NCBI RefSeq assembly: GCF_006345805.1 | Contig: NW_021836349.1 | Coordinates: 1-24,330, forward strand | Length of the DNA: 24,330 bases | DNA from: Octopus sinensis | Taxonomy: Eukaryota | Direction: 5' to 3' | Shown here: positions 22,757 through 24,330 of the stretch, one piece after another | Layout of the letters: each line of letters begins with the position of its first letter | Numbering within the stretch: the first letter of the stretch is position 1 | The notes under the pieces: model-generated | What the model was told of the DNA's origin: nothing | Database searches by the model: none | The model's input: only the letters and a program-made list of their open reading frames with translations | Made by a program: the position numbers and the translations under genes

Positions 22757-22941
22757 GTGAGAGTATGTTAATGACTGAAGATAATAATAAAAAAAAAAAC
22801 AACAATAAAAAGTAATTTAAAGAAAAGAACAAAAGAGCAAAAAAAAACAAGCCTCCAAAAACAATAACATGAAAAACAACAATAATAATTATAACAAATG
22901 CAGCAATAATAAGAACGATGATGATGATGATGATGATGATG

Positions 22942-22980
<39 letters not shown>

Positions 22981-23070
22981 TAATAATAATAATAATAATA
23001 GTTGAATTTAACGTACGATAGCGTCTTATAAAGCTAGATTTATATATCTTAAAATAGAATTTGTTGCTAG

Positions 23071-23127
23071 GTAGTTTAGCTTAATGGTAAAGCACTTGAC
23101 GCGTAATCGCAGGTATGTGAGTTCGAG
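23071..23127 (+). pseudogene. Truncated tRNA-like sequence (Thr-CGT-like) or SINE head
   Basis: TAGCTTAATGGTAAAGC A-box/D-arm, CGT-AA loop, GTGAGTTCGA B-box. The anticodon stem pairs poorly and the 3' acceptor arm is missing. Confidence 0.4.
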
Positions 23128-23131
23128 GAAA

Positions 23132-23581
23132 ATATAGAGGGGACAGACAAAGGGATTAAGTCGATTACATCGACCCCAGTGCGTAACTAGTGCTTATTTA
23201 ATAGACCCCGAAAGGATGAAAGGCAAAGTCGACCTCGGCGGAATTTGAAAACAGAATGTAACAGCAGACGAAATGTCGCTAAGCATATCGCCTGTTAGCT
23301 AACGATTCTGCCAGTTCGCTGCCAGAATAAAAGAAAATAAATTATAAAAATAATAATAATTTTGGCACAAGGCCAGCAGTTTTTCAGGAAGTCAATTACA
23401 TCGACCTCAGTACTTCAACTGGTACTTACCTTATGCACCCCCGCTCAAAAAAAAAAAAAAAAGGCAAAGTCAGCCTCGGCGGAATTTGAACTCAGAAAGC
23501 AAAACCGGTAGAAATGCCGCTTAGTACTTTGTTCTGCGTGCTCCCTATTCTGGCAGTTCGCCACATTAATAATAATAATAA

Positions 23582-23637
<56 letters not shown>

Positions 23638-23859
23638 CTAGTAGTAGTAACAATCCTTTCTAATATAGGCACAAGGCCTGGCATTTGTAGGAAGGGGACC
23701 AGTTTTTCACTTTGATCCCAGTATTTGACTGGTACTTAATTTTTCGACCCCGAGGAAGAAAGTCGACCTCGGTGGAATTTGAACTCAGAATATTGCGACG
23801 GATGAAATACCTCTAAGTATTTCGTCCGGCGTGCTAACGAGTCTGCCAGCACCACGCCT
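23132..23859 (-). mobile_element. Three SINE family C copies (23132-23323, 23360-23564, 23650-23859) separated by (AAT)n/(AGT)n
   Basis: Each contains the reverse complement of the GTCGAC...GAGTTCAAATTCC segments. Confidence 0.75.
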
Positions 23860-23895
23860 TCAGTAATAATATAATAATAATAATAATAATAATAA

Positions 23896-23948
<53 letters not shown>

Positions 23949-24019
23949 AATGTAATAACTGTCAAACCCTCAGAAAAATGTAAACAGTATTAGGGTCCAA
24001 CCTCTCATACTATTATTTC

Positions 24020-24161
24020 CATCCATTCTTTCTTTTTCCTTGCTTTCTTTTTCCTTTCATTATTTTTACTCCTATTTTCCTTCCTTTTTTCTTTCTTTCT
24101 TTCATTTTATCTTTCCTTTTCCTTTTTCCTCCCTTCCTTCTTTCTTTCATTATTTTTGTTC

Positions 24162-24200
<39 letters not shown>

Positions 24201-24330
24201 TGTTTCTCGCTTTGTCTCTCTCTCCTCTTCCTTACATTCCCTTCTTTCTTTCTTTCCTTTTCCTTTTTCTTTTCTTTCTTTCATCATTTTTGTTCTTTTC
24301 TTTCTTTTGCTGTTCCTCTCTTTGTCTCTC
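24020..24330. repeat. Long polypyrimidine (CT-rich, TTTC) tract
   Basis: More than 300 nt, almost entirely C/T on the + strand. Confidence 0.9.

Noticed and set aside
22424-22760. Poly-Ala ORF (22515-22760) and poly-Arg ORF (22424-22672)
   Set aside because: Both derive from the (GCC)11 repeat and promoter motifs, with no recognisable domain. A UTR/promoter interpretation is simpler.

Overview
AT-rich, microsatellite- and SINE-dense animal genomic DNA. It is most consistent with an octopus/coleoid cephalopod (inferred from repeat families and protein style, not verified). The main gene is on the + strand, is split by long introns and is only partly visible in the ORF track. I reconstructed it by hand from GT-AG exons: 8450/8482-8551, 9427-9471, 14077-14640, 17226-17360, 19088-19255, 20460-20837 and probably 21956-21987. 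It encodes a secreted protein of about 474 aa: signal peptide, acidic propeptide ending in RKR, VWA domain with intact MIDAS, Pro/Thr mucin-like linker, then a second VWA domain with a degenerate MIDAS and an unpaired Cys. All internal exons are phase 1-1. Just downstream is a GC-rich promoter-like island with E2F, YY1, NRF1 and RFX motifs and (GCC)11, probably the start of another gene. The rest is transposon material: mariner remnants and a foldback mariner MITE, four non-autonomous Helitrons (one inverted pair, one chimeric head-to-tail tandem), a Penelope-like RT fragment, an R4/Dong-like LINE fragment in (TAA)n arrays, hAT MITEs, and many tRNA-derived SINEs with mix-and-match heads and tails and 184-bp multimers.
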